Both the position numbers and the translations under genes were made by a program. Below, piece by piece: positions 1 to 14,016 of a DNA stretch of 64,000 nucleotides. The notes beneath the pieces were generated by a model. That model saw only the letters and a list, made by a program, of their open reading frames with translations. It was not told the DNA's origin and searched no databases. Each line of letters starts with the position of its first letter. The first letter of the stretch is position 1. Source of the stretch: Oopsacas minuta (lineage: Eukaryota; Animalia; Porifera). The stretch is from assembly GCA_024704765.1 (NCBI GenBank), contig JAKMXF010000331.1, forward strand, positions 29,053-93,052. The letters are read 5' to 3'.

Positions 1-856
1 TGTACTGATCCGATTAGGAATATTGACCTTACATCTAAATATTATGATTCTTGGGATGATATTGTCAATCTGGATACCATCGAAAAGCAATTGAAACACC
101 CCAACTACAGTTAGCTTATGAAAATATCGACAGCAACTTCAATCTTAACCGTGCGTACTATCAGCCTTGCGAATAACAACTACTTAAATAAACGACATGA
201 GAAACTCAATACAAAAGGTGGCACAAACATCATTGAATATACTAGATTCTTACCACCACTCAACGAAATTGAGTATTTCACGGCGAAACTCGCTGTAACG
301 GCCAGCATTTGGTACACAGAATATCTTGCATCCAAACCTACTGAAATTCAGCAAGAGAACTGATATATCGCAAGAGAAATCAGAAGGTGAAATCATCGAA
401 CAAGTTGTGTATTAGTAACCTGGATGGATTGATTGTATCGTTTGTCACGCACCAGGGATATGCTATTAAGATTTTAGATTACTAGTCAAAATCGCAACAG
501 ATCTAACAGCTCATATCCAAACCACATAATATATCAAACGTTTTCAAGACAGTATTTCTGAGCAAGTAATACCACAGGCATTACACCGAAAGAAGAATTA
601 GGTCCGTCATTTATCCAGACTTTGTTGTTGTCAGAGTCATGGATAGAAAGAATTTCAAAAGCAAATAGTATGAAGCATAGCCTACAAAAGATAAGGCCTA
701 ACAGTAACTCGAACTTTTGGCACCAGGGATGCAGTATTAGGTGAAAGAATTAATTAGACATGGTTTCTCTATTGCAGATAATTGCATTTTTGCCTGAATA
801 AATGGAGTACAATTATGTAGGACATCAAATTATATACAAATGCTAAACACTCACAA

Positions 857-1547
857 GAATGTGTCAAAATAGGTGCCTAGTAAGCATTTATTTAGTAAAT
901 ATATCATTCTTTGATGACTTGTAAAACGTTAAATATTGCATTTATCAACTCAAAGTGAATAAATGAAATGGATTATAAATACTTTTATTTAAAATGGCAA
1001 AAGTTTGTCTTTCAAAAGTGGGCTCGTTGTTGAATTACGCTGGAGGCCATGGATGACGAATTTAATGAAATTCAATTATAACTCCAGATTCTCTAAAATT
1101 ATGGTAAAATCAGAATAGTCAATTTATAATATTAACCAGACATCTCATACCCTTGTAATACATTTTGATATGATATCTCGCACCAATGTGAGGATGCCCA
1201 TATATGATCATTTTCAAGAATCCGCAATACTCTTCAATTATTTCATATCAAATATATTACAAGGTATGGGAAGTCAAGTATATAGCACAAATTGGCTAAT
1301 ATGATTCCCATAACTTCAGCGATTCTCAGGCTAGGATTGAATATTCATAAAAATGCAATCCATGGTCTTGTCCATAACTCAACAACGAGCCAACTTTTGA
1401 ATGACAAATTTTTGACATTTTGCACAAAAGTATATAGATCATTTCATTAATTCACTTGGAGTTGATAAACGAAATATTTAACGTTCTACGAGGTATCGAA
1501 GAATGACATATTTTGCTAAATGAATAGACACATATTTTGACGCATTC
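857..1547. mobile_element. Degenerate foldback/MITE, almost entirely palindromic (~320-bp arms)
   Basis: gaatgtgtcaaaat...ttttcaaaagtgggctcgttgttgaatta (857-1040) is the imperfect reverse complement of taactcaacaacgagccaacttttgaatg...attttgacgcattc (1375-1547); pairing continues inward to ~1175/1235. TSD not resolved. Confidence 0.7.
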
Positions 1548-2378
1548 AATTATTCAAATTTTATTCATTAAATCAGAGTTTTTCAATTTTTAGAAACTAA
1601 AGTCTCTGATTACAACTAGTATATAATTGTGAGTTTTTCAACTTATTATCACCAAAACTTCCACTTAAAGACAAAAATCTGGAGAATTCATTAAAATATA
1701 ATTGGATAGATTCGGGCACATACACTAACTGAGCATAAGGATTTCAAAATCACTAAATAACAATTACATACCCTGGCTACATGGTGAATATTTGAATATG
1801 CACACGATAATATTCCTGAAAGAACTATATGACTGTGTTTGTTAAGATTATCCTGATTAATTTCCTGAATTTATAATTAGATAGTTTCTAGCCAAAACTT
1901 TGTTCATTAATTAGATAATGAGCTAATTACATATTCAATTCCGAATTGCACAAAACTCGAATAGGATGGTACATTTCGAATTCAATATTAGAATTCTACC
2001 TGTCTGTATTACCCCAGTATGGATATTTCGAAAATTTACAACAAATCTTGTTGAAGTATTAGCTTGTAAATAGTGTATGTGGCAGTATGTCACGGGGAGA
2101 AGTGTCACATATCAAATATATGTGTGTTACTTAGTATGTGAATACAAAAGTTTAAAAGATTTCCAGGACGAGTATCTGCAAGTAAGTTCATCATATTTAG
2201 AAATTTCAATACCAATAACTAAATTTTAGATTTTTTCGTTCATAAAGCTAGCGTATTTTGAAATCCTTATCTATTTTGATTGGAAATTTAATATACAAAC
2301 TAATGTATTATTATATAAAATAGAAGTCAAAATAAAACTATTATCAATTTGTTGAATAGTGACGTCATCATTAATAAC

Positions 2379-2734
2379 CTACCACGTAGGAAACCGATTT
2401 TTGACCCAACCTTGATTGTTCGTCTCAAGTTTTGTGTTTAAAGTGTATTTAGTTAGTCCAGACTATATTTTGAATATTTTTCTATATGATTTCCTCAGCA
2501 ACATAGGAAAAATCTCAGGAAATTGGCAACATTCTATTATCTGCGTTTTAAACTATACAAAATGTGTCGAAGTGGAGGTTTAAGTAAATACATAGAAATG
2601 CTCAATGCTTACAGAGATCATGTAGAAAAATATTTAAATAGATAGTCTGGACTAACTAAATCCACTTAAAACAACATTTGAGACAAAAAATCAAGGTTGG
2701 GCCAGAATTATGCATTTGTCTTCCGACGGACTAG
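2379..2734. mobile_element. MITE with ~100-bp imperfect TIRs
   Basis: cccaaccttgatt...atttagttagtccagacta (2405-2465) mirrors tagtctggactaactaaat...aatcaaggttggg (2643-2701). Confidence 0.7.
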
Positions 2735-3187
2735 CCCACTCAGAGAGCGAGCTGGTAAAAATGTGGCTGTTAATTCAATGTCTTTAAGATGGAATTAGTC
2801 ATAAAATGATTAGGAACGTAAATGCTTGAACGTTAACAAAAAACAAATTTAAAATATGTTTTTAGGTAGTATCTGTCCGAATAAATCTAAATATATATTA
2901 ACGAATTCTCGAGATTTTTTAGTCTATAACTGGAAGTTTTTGTGAAAATAAGATGAAAAATCACAATTATATACTAGTTATAATCAGGATTTCATGACGA
3001 AATTATGAAAATTTTATTATGTCATAACTCTATAACCAAATAACCGAACTCAAACCATGAGAAACTTACACATAGTCAATGGTGGTTTGTTAATGATTAA
3101 CGACTTACAATGTTTGAAGGACATCGGAGGAGGTTGGCCAAATGACCAGGTGAGTCGACATGCAATTCCCCATAAGTGTTTCAATTA

Positions 3188-3753
3188 CAAGAGCGATTGG
3201 CTCGTCGCTTCCCGATGAACTCGACGTATTGCGCCTCGAGGTATCCATTATTCTCCAAATTAACGCTCCCTTGAGATTATAATACAGATCTATATAGGAT
3301 AACGTAATTCACAAATATACGTATAAGGCATAATTATTATTAAATTATTTTTATGATCAACGAGCAACCTGTATGTATATTGTGAGATTTGGATAACTTG
3401 TTTACTTTATATTCATAAAAACAAAAATGGATTTACATACCAACGCACAAACAAACAAACAAACAATCCCATATTCGGACTCAGCATACTCGATTACACC
3501 AGTATAGTAGTTGAAAGTATGATTCTTCTTCAATTTTGGAATTTGTTTACTTTATATTCATAAAACAACAATAAATTTACATAAGATTAATCCAAAAGTA
3601 TGATATCGGATTCAGCATGTTCGATATATTTAGTGAAGTTTTATGAAATTCTATTTACTTCCTTCATAAACACGATAATAGATAGTTATGTCACAATTTC
3701 AAAATTGTATACCGCAAATCCTTTCCTTAACGATTGAGATTTACTAATATAGA
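3188..3753 (-). mobile_element. Non-autonomous Helitron-like repeat, copy 1
   Basis: On the minus strand it begins A|TCTATATT, carries (ACAA)n and ~55-bp internal tandem units, and ends with a GC-rich hairpin followed by CTTG|T; no TSD; homologous to 35179-35779. Confidence 0.6.
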
Positions 3754-4769
3754 TTAATAATCACCTGTATTATATCTGAATAGATTGATTAAAGGCAGTT
3801 ATAATAAATAAGCTAATAAAGTGTTAGGGCTGGGGTTTATTAACCTAAAACAGGGGGCAGTTAAAACTTCTCGATAATAGCGGTTAATGATTAAGCACTG
3901 CAAAAGTTCTTAATACAATCAAGGATGTTTGGTGACTAGTACCAATACATAGCTATTATATATGCAACATGATAGGATTATATCTTTCCAGACTATTGAA
4001 ATTTGAGAATACGGATCTAGAATGTAACATCTCATGAACACCTAACTAGCAGAATTTCTGTATAAATAATCAAGCTCTCAAACCCTGGGAAGATTTAATA
4101 TATTGGTGGAAATCACGCATTTTGATTAACCCAATAAATTTTATCCTAGTTAAATGGTTATAGCGGCGGTTAACCGGCGAACTGAATCCATGACTGATGT
4201 CTTATAGGTAGTAATAGTTCTATATTTCATATACGTATATTTTTGTTGATTCTATGATTTCGTTAAGTTCATGCGCTAGGTTCATCAGTAAATTCATTTC
4301 TTTCAGTTAGTTCAATAAGTTAGTCCAGTATGAAACGCTTAAAAGTGCTGCGTACCTTGTATTCAGTAAGTTTGTTCGTGAAATTTTCATTTCATGCTTA
4401 TAGGGTAATAGGCTCAAGTACGAGAGTTTTTGATCACACATTTCCATATCGTGAAATTTCTCTTCAATCATAATGCTGTATCACTCTGAATAAGAGCACT
4501 GGCGCTTAACATTTTAGTTTAAAGTTTATGTGGTAAATATCTTTCGAGGTCCCAGTTCCACGAAATATGCTCGTAGAGTGTGGTGATAACAAGTAATCAA
4601 ATCCTTGGACATGTTTCTAGCCCCCAGCTCTTATTCATGGATCCAAGGTAAATAGTCATGGATAATTAGACAAACAAATCCAGAAAACTATACAAAGGAA
4701 TTTCCACAGCAATTATTCTCGTGAATAGAAAGCAAGTATAATCCAAAAATGAATTAAAGATAGACTCAC

Positions 4770-5128
4770 CTAGGAACATAAGGTCTGCTTTTCTCAGTTT
4801 CTAAGTCCGAATCAATAGCTTCTAAATCACTAGTATCAGTTCCTGTAAATTCGGCATCAGAATCTTGCAGAGAAAGTATTGGATCTTCACTATAATTGAG
4901 TTTCCATTGTAAAATAGTATGATCTCCACCACCAAGTGTAATCAATATAGATAAATCATGAGAAAATTTCACATTAGTAACATGGCTAGCATGGCCAATA
5001 AAAGACTTTGATTTTGCACCCTTCTTAAAAACAGGATAATTGAAAAGATTAATTTTACAATCATCATCTCCAGTAGCAATAAGCATGTTCCGAAAATTTG
5101 TATCAATAGTGTTGATATCATTCAATAC
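4770..5128 (-). CDS. EML6: EML5/EML6-like WD40 (TAPE) protein, exon (VLNDINTID...GHASHVTNVKFSHD...RPYVPR)
   Basis: Motifs ATGDD..K.F.YP..KKGAK....GH..HVTNV.FSHD..L.T.GG.DH.I.QW match the end of the first TAPE domain of EML5/6. Acceptor ttcgatag| at 5129-5130; donor |gtgagt at 4769. Joins the previous exon in phase 0 (KYQ|VLNDINT). EML5 vs EML6 cannot be resolved. Confidence 0.9.
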
Positions 5129-6057
5129 CTATCGAAGGGAAATAAATTATAACGTAGACCGAAATACAAACAATATTTTTGTACCACCAGGATGAACTTG
5201 AGGAAGAGAAAAGGGATGAGATATAGTTAGTGCTAGCTCACCCACTTGCCTAGTAATTCAAGGGTTGCTGACCGCAGCCCAGGTACTTCCAACATCCTAC
5301 CAATCCCCTAGCTACTCCTATGCACAAGGGTAGTTGAAAGTGAATACTACAGAATAAATTGCAGAATGGAATACTGATCATAGTAATCTAAAGTTGATAC
5401 GTTTCGGAGTTACATTAGTAAGGGATAGCTGTCCTTTTGGTGATACTGATACGTTTGGTTGTGATACCCCAAGGAAAATAAACTAACTGCATTCTCACTA
5501 ATAATATTGAGAATATGAATCCTGTCCATAAATTTAACTCTGAAAATACAAATTGAAGAAATCAAAAGCTTGTTATAACAAAATTTCAAAACAATGTTTT
5601 AATTCTAGTATTCCAAAGTTTTACTAATTTTGAGTTCCAAATTCTGATACAATACTGTAAGATATTTATATGCTCTGGTTCTCAGTTAGACAGGTAAATA
5701 TTAGAGAGGTTACCTGTAGTAAATTATTAATACTGGCCTTTTTCTGATTCGGAGGGAAATTTCATAATTGGGTGTTACAAAGGGGTAATAGTGCAAGAAA
5801 GGTTAAACCACTGATCAAGAATGATTTAAGTTGCATATGTTGACTATTATTATTTATTCAGTCTAGCGTTCCGAATTATAACCTCAAACATATATACTAT
5901 TTATTCCCGATCTAACCCTACTAATGAATCATTTTAACGAAATCATTACTATTAATACAATTTGGAATAACTAATAATGTTAAGCCAAGAGGATAGTAGT
6001 GCAGATCGGACGTCTGGGTCATGTTTCTCACTGATCAATTAAATCATTACACTAGAG

Positions 6058-7017
6058 CAGGTTTTCCCAAACTGTGGTCAAAAAGATTTTGTATGTGGCC
6101 AATTTGAAGTTCAATGATCATTTTGACCGAACTTTACCAAATCCCAAAGTTGACATGGTCAAGCATGACTAAACATCTTTCATCTCCCGAGCATATTAAC
6201 AAACCCCAATTATTGAGTTTCGATTTTCGAATATTGACTCAAAATCTTTAATCAAGCACAAATTCCTGAAATTAAATAGCAAACATGGGTATAAAATTTG
6301 ATCTTCTACAAATATGTAACACAAATATTCAGGCAAAATGCACTGGCCAGAAAATAACGAAATTATGTTTATAAACGTATTTCAGCTAATACTGCATCTC
6401 TGGTTCTAAATTTACGAGTTACTGTTAGGCCTTATGTTTAGTAGGCTATTGCCTGACAATATCAAATTTCTGGAGCCATAGAATGAATTCAAAATTAAAT
6501 TTGGAAAAGGTTGGAAAATTGAAATGACAATGTCCCGAAAACCCGACCTGATGGAGAGAAATTGAATATATTTTTTCAGGATCAGGATACTCTATAACAT
6601 GAATGTGTAATGCAATACTGAAATATGATATCAATAATTAAGTTTAAGATCCGGTCAATTAGTTCTATCTAGTAGCCTTATCATTATACTACATTATTTT
6701 GATTTCATGGCTATATTACATTAAACATTTATTCATGTTGATGTCATGCATTTTAAGCACAACAGGTTGGGATCTAAGATAATCCCTGATGCAAAACCGA
6801 TCATAGGATCACAAACTGGCCATGTTCATGACAAGCAGATTTCAGTTTCTCAGGTTCGGTCGACCTATACAAAATATATGGAGCAACCAAGGTTTGTCCA
6901 GATGATTGTAGAATATATATCGGCAGTCCCTCACCAACTGGACCGTCTCCGATACCAGGCCATTTACGACCTTTTTTCGAATGCGGTAAATGGCCTACAA
7001 ATGGTTGGGAACCTCTG
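6058..7017. mobile_element. Non-autonomous hAT (Charlie/Buster-type ends) element
   Basis: Left end caggttttcccaaactg, right end gttgggaacctctg; no transposase; the 8-bp flanks do not match, consistent with an old insertion. Confidence 0.5.
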
Positions 7018-7952
7018 GGTTAAATTAACAATTAAAAATAATATAAGTTTCATATTTTAAGTCCAATCGATTGTGTATGCCGATATTCGTAATCGACTCA
7101 TTATAGGGGTCACGTGGCAATGATTGGAATAATATCTTTCCTCGAGAACTTAGAAATGTGCTGATTCCATCCTCAAAAGTGTTCGGAATATAGTAAAGCG
7201 GACAATCATATTACTGGAAATTTGATGCTGAGTACAAATCAGGTGAGTTCAAAGTTGATTCAATGAGATTTGAAAAGGTTATCGCCTGGGGATCTAATTC
7301 GAATTCGTCGACAGACGCTATTTAAAAATAATTTTTGAAGGTCAATATGTCATATTTCAGCTTGGGAACAGGATTATTTGATCAGCAGGTTCTAGAATAA
7401 ATCACATCCAATCAGGTAGCATAATTTCAGACATATAAACACGAAATATTCAGGCAATTCAAAAGATATTAAGACTCTTGTGAAAAATGATGCAACTAAG
7501 TTTGGCGTAGCCTCATTTTGAGTCCAGACCACACAATGGATAGCTTAGAATTCCTAATATTTTGAATACAACAAGACCAATCGTATATCAAAATATAGCA
7601 AAAATGAAGCACATAAAACTACTCCATGAAAGTATTAGCATTGAACATATATATGTAGGACAAATATCGAATTCTTGGAGCACTAGTATGATGTTAAATT
7701 TGGAAATGTTGGAAAAACGAAAAAGAAGTTAGGAGCAGATTAAAATTTAAATAACATGTTCACTTCAGTCGTTTATTTGACCGGCTTCTCATTATTATTT
7801 TGATACAAGTTTTCTTCTACATACTATTAAGGGCTGGTGGATTATGTGTTTAAAATTTCTTTTAGAATATTCATTACTTTTGAAAGATTATATTTTGAAG
7901 AATTCAACGAAGAAGTTAGACTAGGCTCACCTCAGTCACTAATTTGACTTAC

Positions 7953-8321
7953 TTATACTCATCAGACTTAAACGAAATTAGTAACATTGGAAAGAAGAGG
8001 GTTGAACGTTTGAAGCAATATGTTTTGATTTTAAAAACTTCACAGTTAGTCACTTTTTGCTTAAATTTTTAGTGTTACGGCTCCCTTTAATTTACTCACC
8101 TAAAAGTCAGAATTCAATTCTGAAATTAAATATGCATACTTTAGTGATATGGACGTTTATGAAAATTAAATTTCATTAAATAATATTAACAACTCGCGGA
8201 GCTAGAGGAATTCAAATTTTATGGCGGTAGTGAGAGTGGTAGGGGATGAATCATATTCTACATAAAGTAGGGTCAGTTCAACTCATGTTTCTTACCCTAA
8301 ATCCGACTGAATTTCAATTAT
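7953..8321 (+). repeat. Left arm of ~370-bp near-perfect inverted repeat (partner 13530-13899)
   Basis: Reverse complement of 13530-13899 with about 3 substitutions and 1 indel. Confidence 0.95.
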
Positions 8322-10308
8322 GTGTGGATAGATGGCGCTAAATTAGATGGGTTATCTAATGCTAGAAATATATCTGGGCTTTGCAATATACTGATGCATA
8401 TTTATTGATGAGTGTTTTCATTTCATTAATGTCATCACAAGTGCTTATAGCAAATAGCTTTGTTGAGTTTAGTCCACTGTTAGTTTTGTTGTTAGTTCTA
8501 ACACAACTTGGTCATAGTTTAGTTTATCAAACGTTTGATAAAAAATATGTCTGTTTAAGTTGAGAAGTTTTGAGCATTTTCATTAGTTGGGTATTTGAAC
8601 AAATAAAGGAATTCGAGACTAATGGTATCACCAGCTTACAAAAAGTGTATTCTGAATACCTTGTTCGTGTCGAATGTTTAGTTAAGGAACCATTTCCCCT
8701 TCTCCATGTTCACTATCCTAAGTATAATGTAGAAAGTGAACAAGCTGTGGAGTTGACTTTGAGATTGAAAGTTGTGAATCTGGGGAATTGTATCTCGAAA
8801 TCACATAATGGGAGATAGTTTATGCATTACTGGCGCGAACCATAGAGTGTATTAATCAGTAATTGGACGAATGTATTTCTTCTAAGTTTCATGATGTATA
8901 TGTGTTTTGAAGTTTACTACTTCAACTAATTCTCGATTTCAGTTATTTTGAAATAATTCATTAATTAGAAATATGATTTTCTTAAGAGGGCTGTAAAAAT
9001 GATTAGCCGGGGAACACACAAAGTAGTTACGGTACTGGCTAGAGCAGAGTGTAAATTCCTTATTTGTAGAGTATATGTATTTTATATTGAGGACAAGAAT
9101 TATTTAAATAATCGCGTAGTGGTCAAGTTTTATTCTGAAGGATCTCTTTCAACTCCCTATATACATATAGTACAAGTGCTTATAGTAGTAATTTTCTTGT
9201 AGCCAGCGCAGAAATATGGGAAGATTGTTAGATAATTATTCTGTGAGCAAATATTCAAAAAGCAATTCAATGATCCAGACAAAATAGGGGGATTTTGTTA
9301 TGGCGTTTTAACATATGTATATCCACGGAAGGTTTAAGGAAAGTTAAATCAGAAAGAAAGACTGATGTGGAGTTTGTCTGGAATAGTTAAAATTTAAATG
9401 TTACTACTATTTTATATCTGTGTACAGCTCAGGTAATGCGCAGGATCAGTTACAATATAGACAATAAGTATAAAATGGGTAAAAGATCAATAAAAGATCA
9501 ACACATTTTGTAAATTTGAATTAGCTGCTAAATTCTTTTCGTTGACGATAAAGCAAATATAAATTAAATGCTATAACCTACATGCAAATGTCTCCCTTTG
9601 GTAAGCATTTCGAAAAAATCATGAGAATAAAAAAATGAAGAAAATTGTAAGGAGGAATGGCCCAAAAGGAAAAAGACTAAACTTAGCAATATTAAACCTC
9701 CTGATTTATAATTTTCAAAAGAATTTGAAAGTATAAAATCAAATAATACACCATTGTACTGCACAAAAGTCGTTAGTGAATCACTAGTTTATTCTAGATA
9801 TGAGATACCAGAAAATTCAAGGAATTTTTAATAGTGCTTACATTTTTTTATGGCAAGTTTAAATCGAGAGAACTAGTGTTATCGATGTACGCTACATCGG
9901 CGAATGTATTTCTTATCCCAAAATTTATAGTTCCGGTGTTGTAAATGCTACATATATGTACGTATAAATAAGGTATCTTGTATAATGTACAGGAATGCAT
10001 AAACAAATTGTAATATTTTCTGTATATGCGCTGGTTCCTGTTTCCCCTATGCCAAATTACAAGTAGTATATGTAATACATGTACGTATATTTAGGTGTTA
10101 GACAATAGTAAGTAATAATCACACAGGGCAATACATGTTTCTGATTGTGTAATATTTTCAGACACGAAGAGTCATTAATTGCAGAATTTATACTGATATT
10201 TGTATTTTCTTTTGAGATAAATGATAATATAGCTATGAATACTATCTGAAAATATATCTCTTTGAACCATCTTGAGGAAGATATTCTATAATATGAGAGT
10301 GGTATATA

Positions 10309-11654
10309 CAGGGTGTATCATATGTCTAGGCGGATATGAATTCATAATGTTTAAAGTTGATTTAACCAAACTACAATTTATTATTGATTTATATTTGTTT
10401 TACACTTAACTACTAAGTCCTATCTATTACAAATACACCTCTTTATAAATACATTCACTTTGATTTGTATTTCAACTCATTTTTTGTATTTCTCTTATCT
10501 TTCTGAAATATGAATGTTAAAGATCATGGTTTGTCCATTCGCTTAGAAGCAATTGCCATGTTGAAAACTGGAATTGAGCAGAAGATCGTAGCTTCAAGGT
10601 AGGTGTCAGTTTGAGGTCGATACAAAGGTGGTGGCATAACGAGAAACATGGAAAAGACCAAAATACTAAACTCCGTCCTGGTAGGATTCCAACTATGAAA
10701 AAGGTCTGCAAGATAGTCATCTCAAATCTCTAGGGAAGAGGGGGAATTCACCACGTAAACCTGGGCGTATTCTCAATGGTAAGGGATATTCTATCTCGTA
10801 TTCAAGTATATATTGCTATTTGACCAATTCTTTGGGAGTAAAATCATTCAAACGCCCTAAAATACCTTGATTGACACAGAAAATGAAGGATAAACGCCTC
10901 CAGTTCGCTAAAGATAACATAAATTGGACAATTGATGACTAGAAAAAGGTGTTGTGGTCAGATGAATCACCTTTCCAAGTATTCTCCATACCAAATCGTC
11001 AAAACGATCATATCTGGGCTCGGAATTCAAAAACATTGAATCTATCGTTCTGATGAAATTTCCCACAAAAATCCAAGTCTGGGGGTATGATGTCCCACAG
11101 GGCTCTCTCAGAATTACACATAATTCCTCCGAAACAAATGATAAATAGAGCCTACTATCGAGATAATATCTTAGCCAATACGTGTAGTGATGCTACAAAT
11201 AGAACTGCAAAACAGGTCCTATTCTGGAGAGATCAATGCCTGCTGACATGTCTGATTTTCTATTCATGCAGGATGGTGCCCCTCCTCACACTGCGAACTT
11301 GACACAGAGATGGTGTGTAGAACACTTTCCTCGGATTTGGAGGGAGGGTGAGTGGCCGGGTAACTCGCCAGATTTAAACCCAATTGAAAACCTCTGCTCA
11401 ATATTAAAAGATCGTGTTGGACAAATGGCAAATGCAACTAAGCTGGAAGATTTAATTTTACGAGTCAAATCCGCATGGGCTGACATAGACCCTGATATTC
11501 GAGAATACTTATTTTGTAGTATGCCAGCAAGGATACAACTTGTATTAGATAGGAATGATGGTTATATAGGTAAATAATTAATTAGAACAAATATTCGATA
11601 ACGGAAAATTCTATTTACATTTTACTGACCCGCCAAAACATATGATACGCCCTG
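10309..11654 (+). mobile_element. Tc1-like transposon, DD37E type, decayed transposase
   Basis: TA|CAGGGTGTATCATATG...CATATGATACGCCCTG|TA; WSDES, QDGAPPH and WPGNSPDLNPIEN motifs; 37 residues between D (QDG) and E (PIE); stops and frameshifts present. Confidence 0.9.
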
Positions 11655-11666
11655 TACTCTATAATA

Positions 11667-12985
11667 CAGTGCCGGTCAAAAAGAATTGCTCAAAATGAAT
11701 GTATACAGTATAGTAAATGTCAAATTGTATACACATACCAGATAGTTGAATTCTTGCGAAACCATACTCAGACATATGTATTTGACAAGTAACACACCAA
11801 CACAGCTAATCCATTCATTATATTTGCACAACTTACAGTTTTTATTTTGTATTCTTATTTTTCCAATTTATCTGTTTATATCGAATTTTCAATGCCTTCT
11901 AAATCCCGAATTTCCATTGAAAATCGAGCCAACCTGATACTACTTTCAGAAAGTGGCCATACTCAGAGGGAGGAAGCTAAAATGGTTGGGTGTAGCCAAA
12001 AAAGTGTAGCCGAGATCCTTAAGAAACACAGGCTGACATGCACGATAAGAGACCTCGCTATTCCGGGTAGGCCTCGTGTCACAACCAAAAGGCAAGATAA
12101 TTTATTGGTCAGAAAATGCAAAAAGGATCGATTTAAGACTGCTACTCAGATCAAAGCTGAAGTGTTATCAGAATATTCGATAAAACTTTCCACTTCAAAG
12201 TTCAGAGAAGGTTACGAGGGGCTGGACTGTTCAGACGAAAACCGCGAAGAAAGCCCCGCATTATTACCAAGCACAAAAGAGACCGACTTTCCTTCGCAAG
12301 ATCGCATAAGAATTGGAATACTGAAGAATGGGCAAGAGTTGTGTCCAGTAACGAATCTAGGTTCCTTCTCTATACTAATGACGAGAGAGCCTATGTCAGG
12401 AGGATGAAGGGGGAGGAGTTCTTAGAGAGGTGTCTTCAAAAAACTTGCAAGTTTGCTGGAGTGGCGTAGGACTCTTGTGGAAAGTATCTGGGAACCTCAA
12501 GACAAATTCTTACATTGATTTATTGGAAAATGCACTAATCCCAAGCGTTGATTTGCATTCTCTACATTCTGGATGGACCTTGCAGCAAGACAACGCCCCA
12601 TGCCATAGGTCAAAGGGTACTAAGCAATGGTTTGGTGAGCAAAAAATAGAGGTTATGAATTGGCCTGCTCAGTCACCTGATCTAAATCCGATTGAGAATC
12701 TTCGGGATCACATTTCCCTCAGAATTGAAAAGAAAAGCCCATCCAACTACTCAGAGTTGTGGAATGCCATATTAAGCACTTGGGATAGCATCGACATTAA
12801 CAGGCTTCATCTCTAATTGAGAGTATGCCGCAGAGATGTAAAGCCGTAATTCAAGCAAGAGGAGGTATTACTAAATACTAACAACAATTTACTTGATTAT
12901 AATAAAAGCATTATTGTTAAAATCAGTCATAGATATAAGAAATAGTGGTAAATTTATTCTGAGCAATTCTTTTTGACCGGAACTG
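11667..12985 (+). mobile_element. Tc1 transposon, DD34E, decayed transposase
   Basis: TA|CAGTGCCGGTCAAAAAGAATTGCTCA...TGAGCAATTCTTTTTGACCGGAACTG|TA; HTH with GRPR; QQDNAPCH-x-WPAQSPDLNPIEN with a 34-residue spacing; several frameshifts. Confidence 0.92.
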
Positions 12986-13529
12986 TATTATTCATCTGTG
13001 ATATAACACAACAATCAATGCATATCAATTCTTTGTGCGCGCAGGTTAACTACAAAGAAGTAACTAAATTTAAGTATCAGTTGAAACAAGTTGCAATGGG
13101 AACTATAACAAGTATGACGATATAATTTCCTATACATACTAATGATCTCAACAAGTGTTGCATAGTCCTACGAGCATAGTCTATGAAAGATTACAATCTT
13201 AAAACGCAATAATTATAGTGAAGCAAATAAGGAAAATTGAGAAAAAACAAAATATAAGTAAATAGAAAAATCATAAAAAAAGTTCTAGTAACCCCCCTGT
13301 TTTGTAAGGAAATTGAAATATAAGATACGAAAAAAGTATTGATAAATTTTGAAGGGGTTTTGAAGAGAAATAACTTCAAGAATTGATCTCAAGTTAGAAT
13401 TCGTAATACACAAAAAACCTCAGAATTTATCGAATTTTGCAGGACGTTGCTGGTGATAATTTGTAGTCTCTCACGAAAATATCAATATTGTTATAAACGT
13501 CTATGTCTCAACTATCAATTAGCATAAAA

Positions 13530-13899
13530 ATAATTGAAATTCAGTTGGATTTAGGGTAAGAAACATGAGTTGAACTGACCCTACTTTATGTAGAATATGA
13601 TTCATCCCCTACCACTCTCACTACCGCCATAAAATTTGAATTCCTCTAGCTCCGCGAGTTGTTAATATTATTTAATGAAATTTAATTTTCATAAACGTCC
13701 ATATCACTAAAGTATGCATATTTAATTTCAGAATTGAATTCTGACTTTTAGGTGAGTAAATTAAAGGGAGCCGTAACACTAAAAATTTAAGCAAAAAAGT
13801 GACTAACTGTGAAGTTTTTAAAATCAAAACATATTGCTTCAAACGTTCAACCCTCTTCTTTCCAATGTTACTAATTTCGTTTAAATTTGATGAGTATAA
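13530..13899 (-). repeat. Right arm of ~370-bp near-perfect inverted repeat (partner 7953-8321)
   Basis: Reverse complement of 7953-8321, ~99% identical. Confidence 0.95.
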
Positions 13900-14016
13900 C
13901 AAAAACATAATATGAGAACAGGACAAGTAGATCAATGGTTTTACTGAACTATAGTTCCCCTTACATTTCGTACCATAATAGAAAATATCAAAATGACCAA
14001 ACAGTGAGATTATATA

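Noticed and set aside
118-363. 81-aa ORF at the window start
   Set aside because: No recognisable motif; antisense within the EML intron; likely a chance ORF or unrecognisable TE debris.
3400-3640. Regularly spaced ~55-bp repeats and the Ginger TIR palindromes as a CRISPR-like array
   Set aside because: Eukaryotic intron context, degenerate units without unique spacers, and no cas genes; explained as TE-internal repeats.
7953-7980. CTGATGAG on the minus strand near TTTCG, suggesting a hammerhead ribozyme or Penelope pseudo-LTR
   Set aside because: No stem II followed by GAAA in the required order, and the second copy reads TTGATGAG.
8340-8940. Possible Penelope-like RT C-terminal remnant on the minus strand (LVSNSFICSNTQL)
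   Set aside because: Only a few weak residues, with no clear RT or GIY-YIG motif; cannot be supported without a search.
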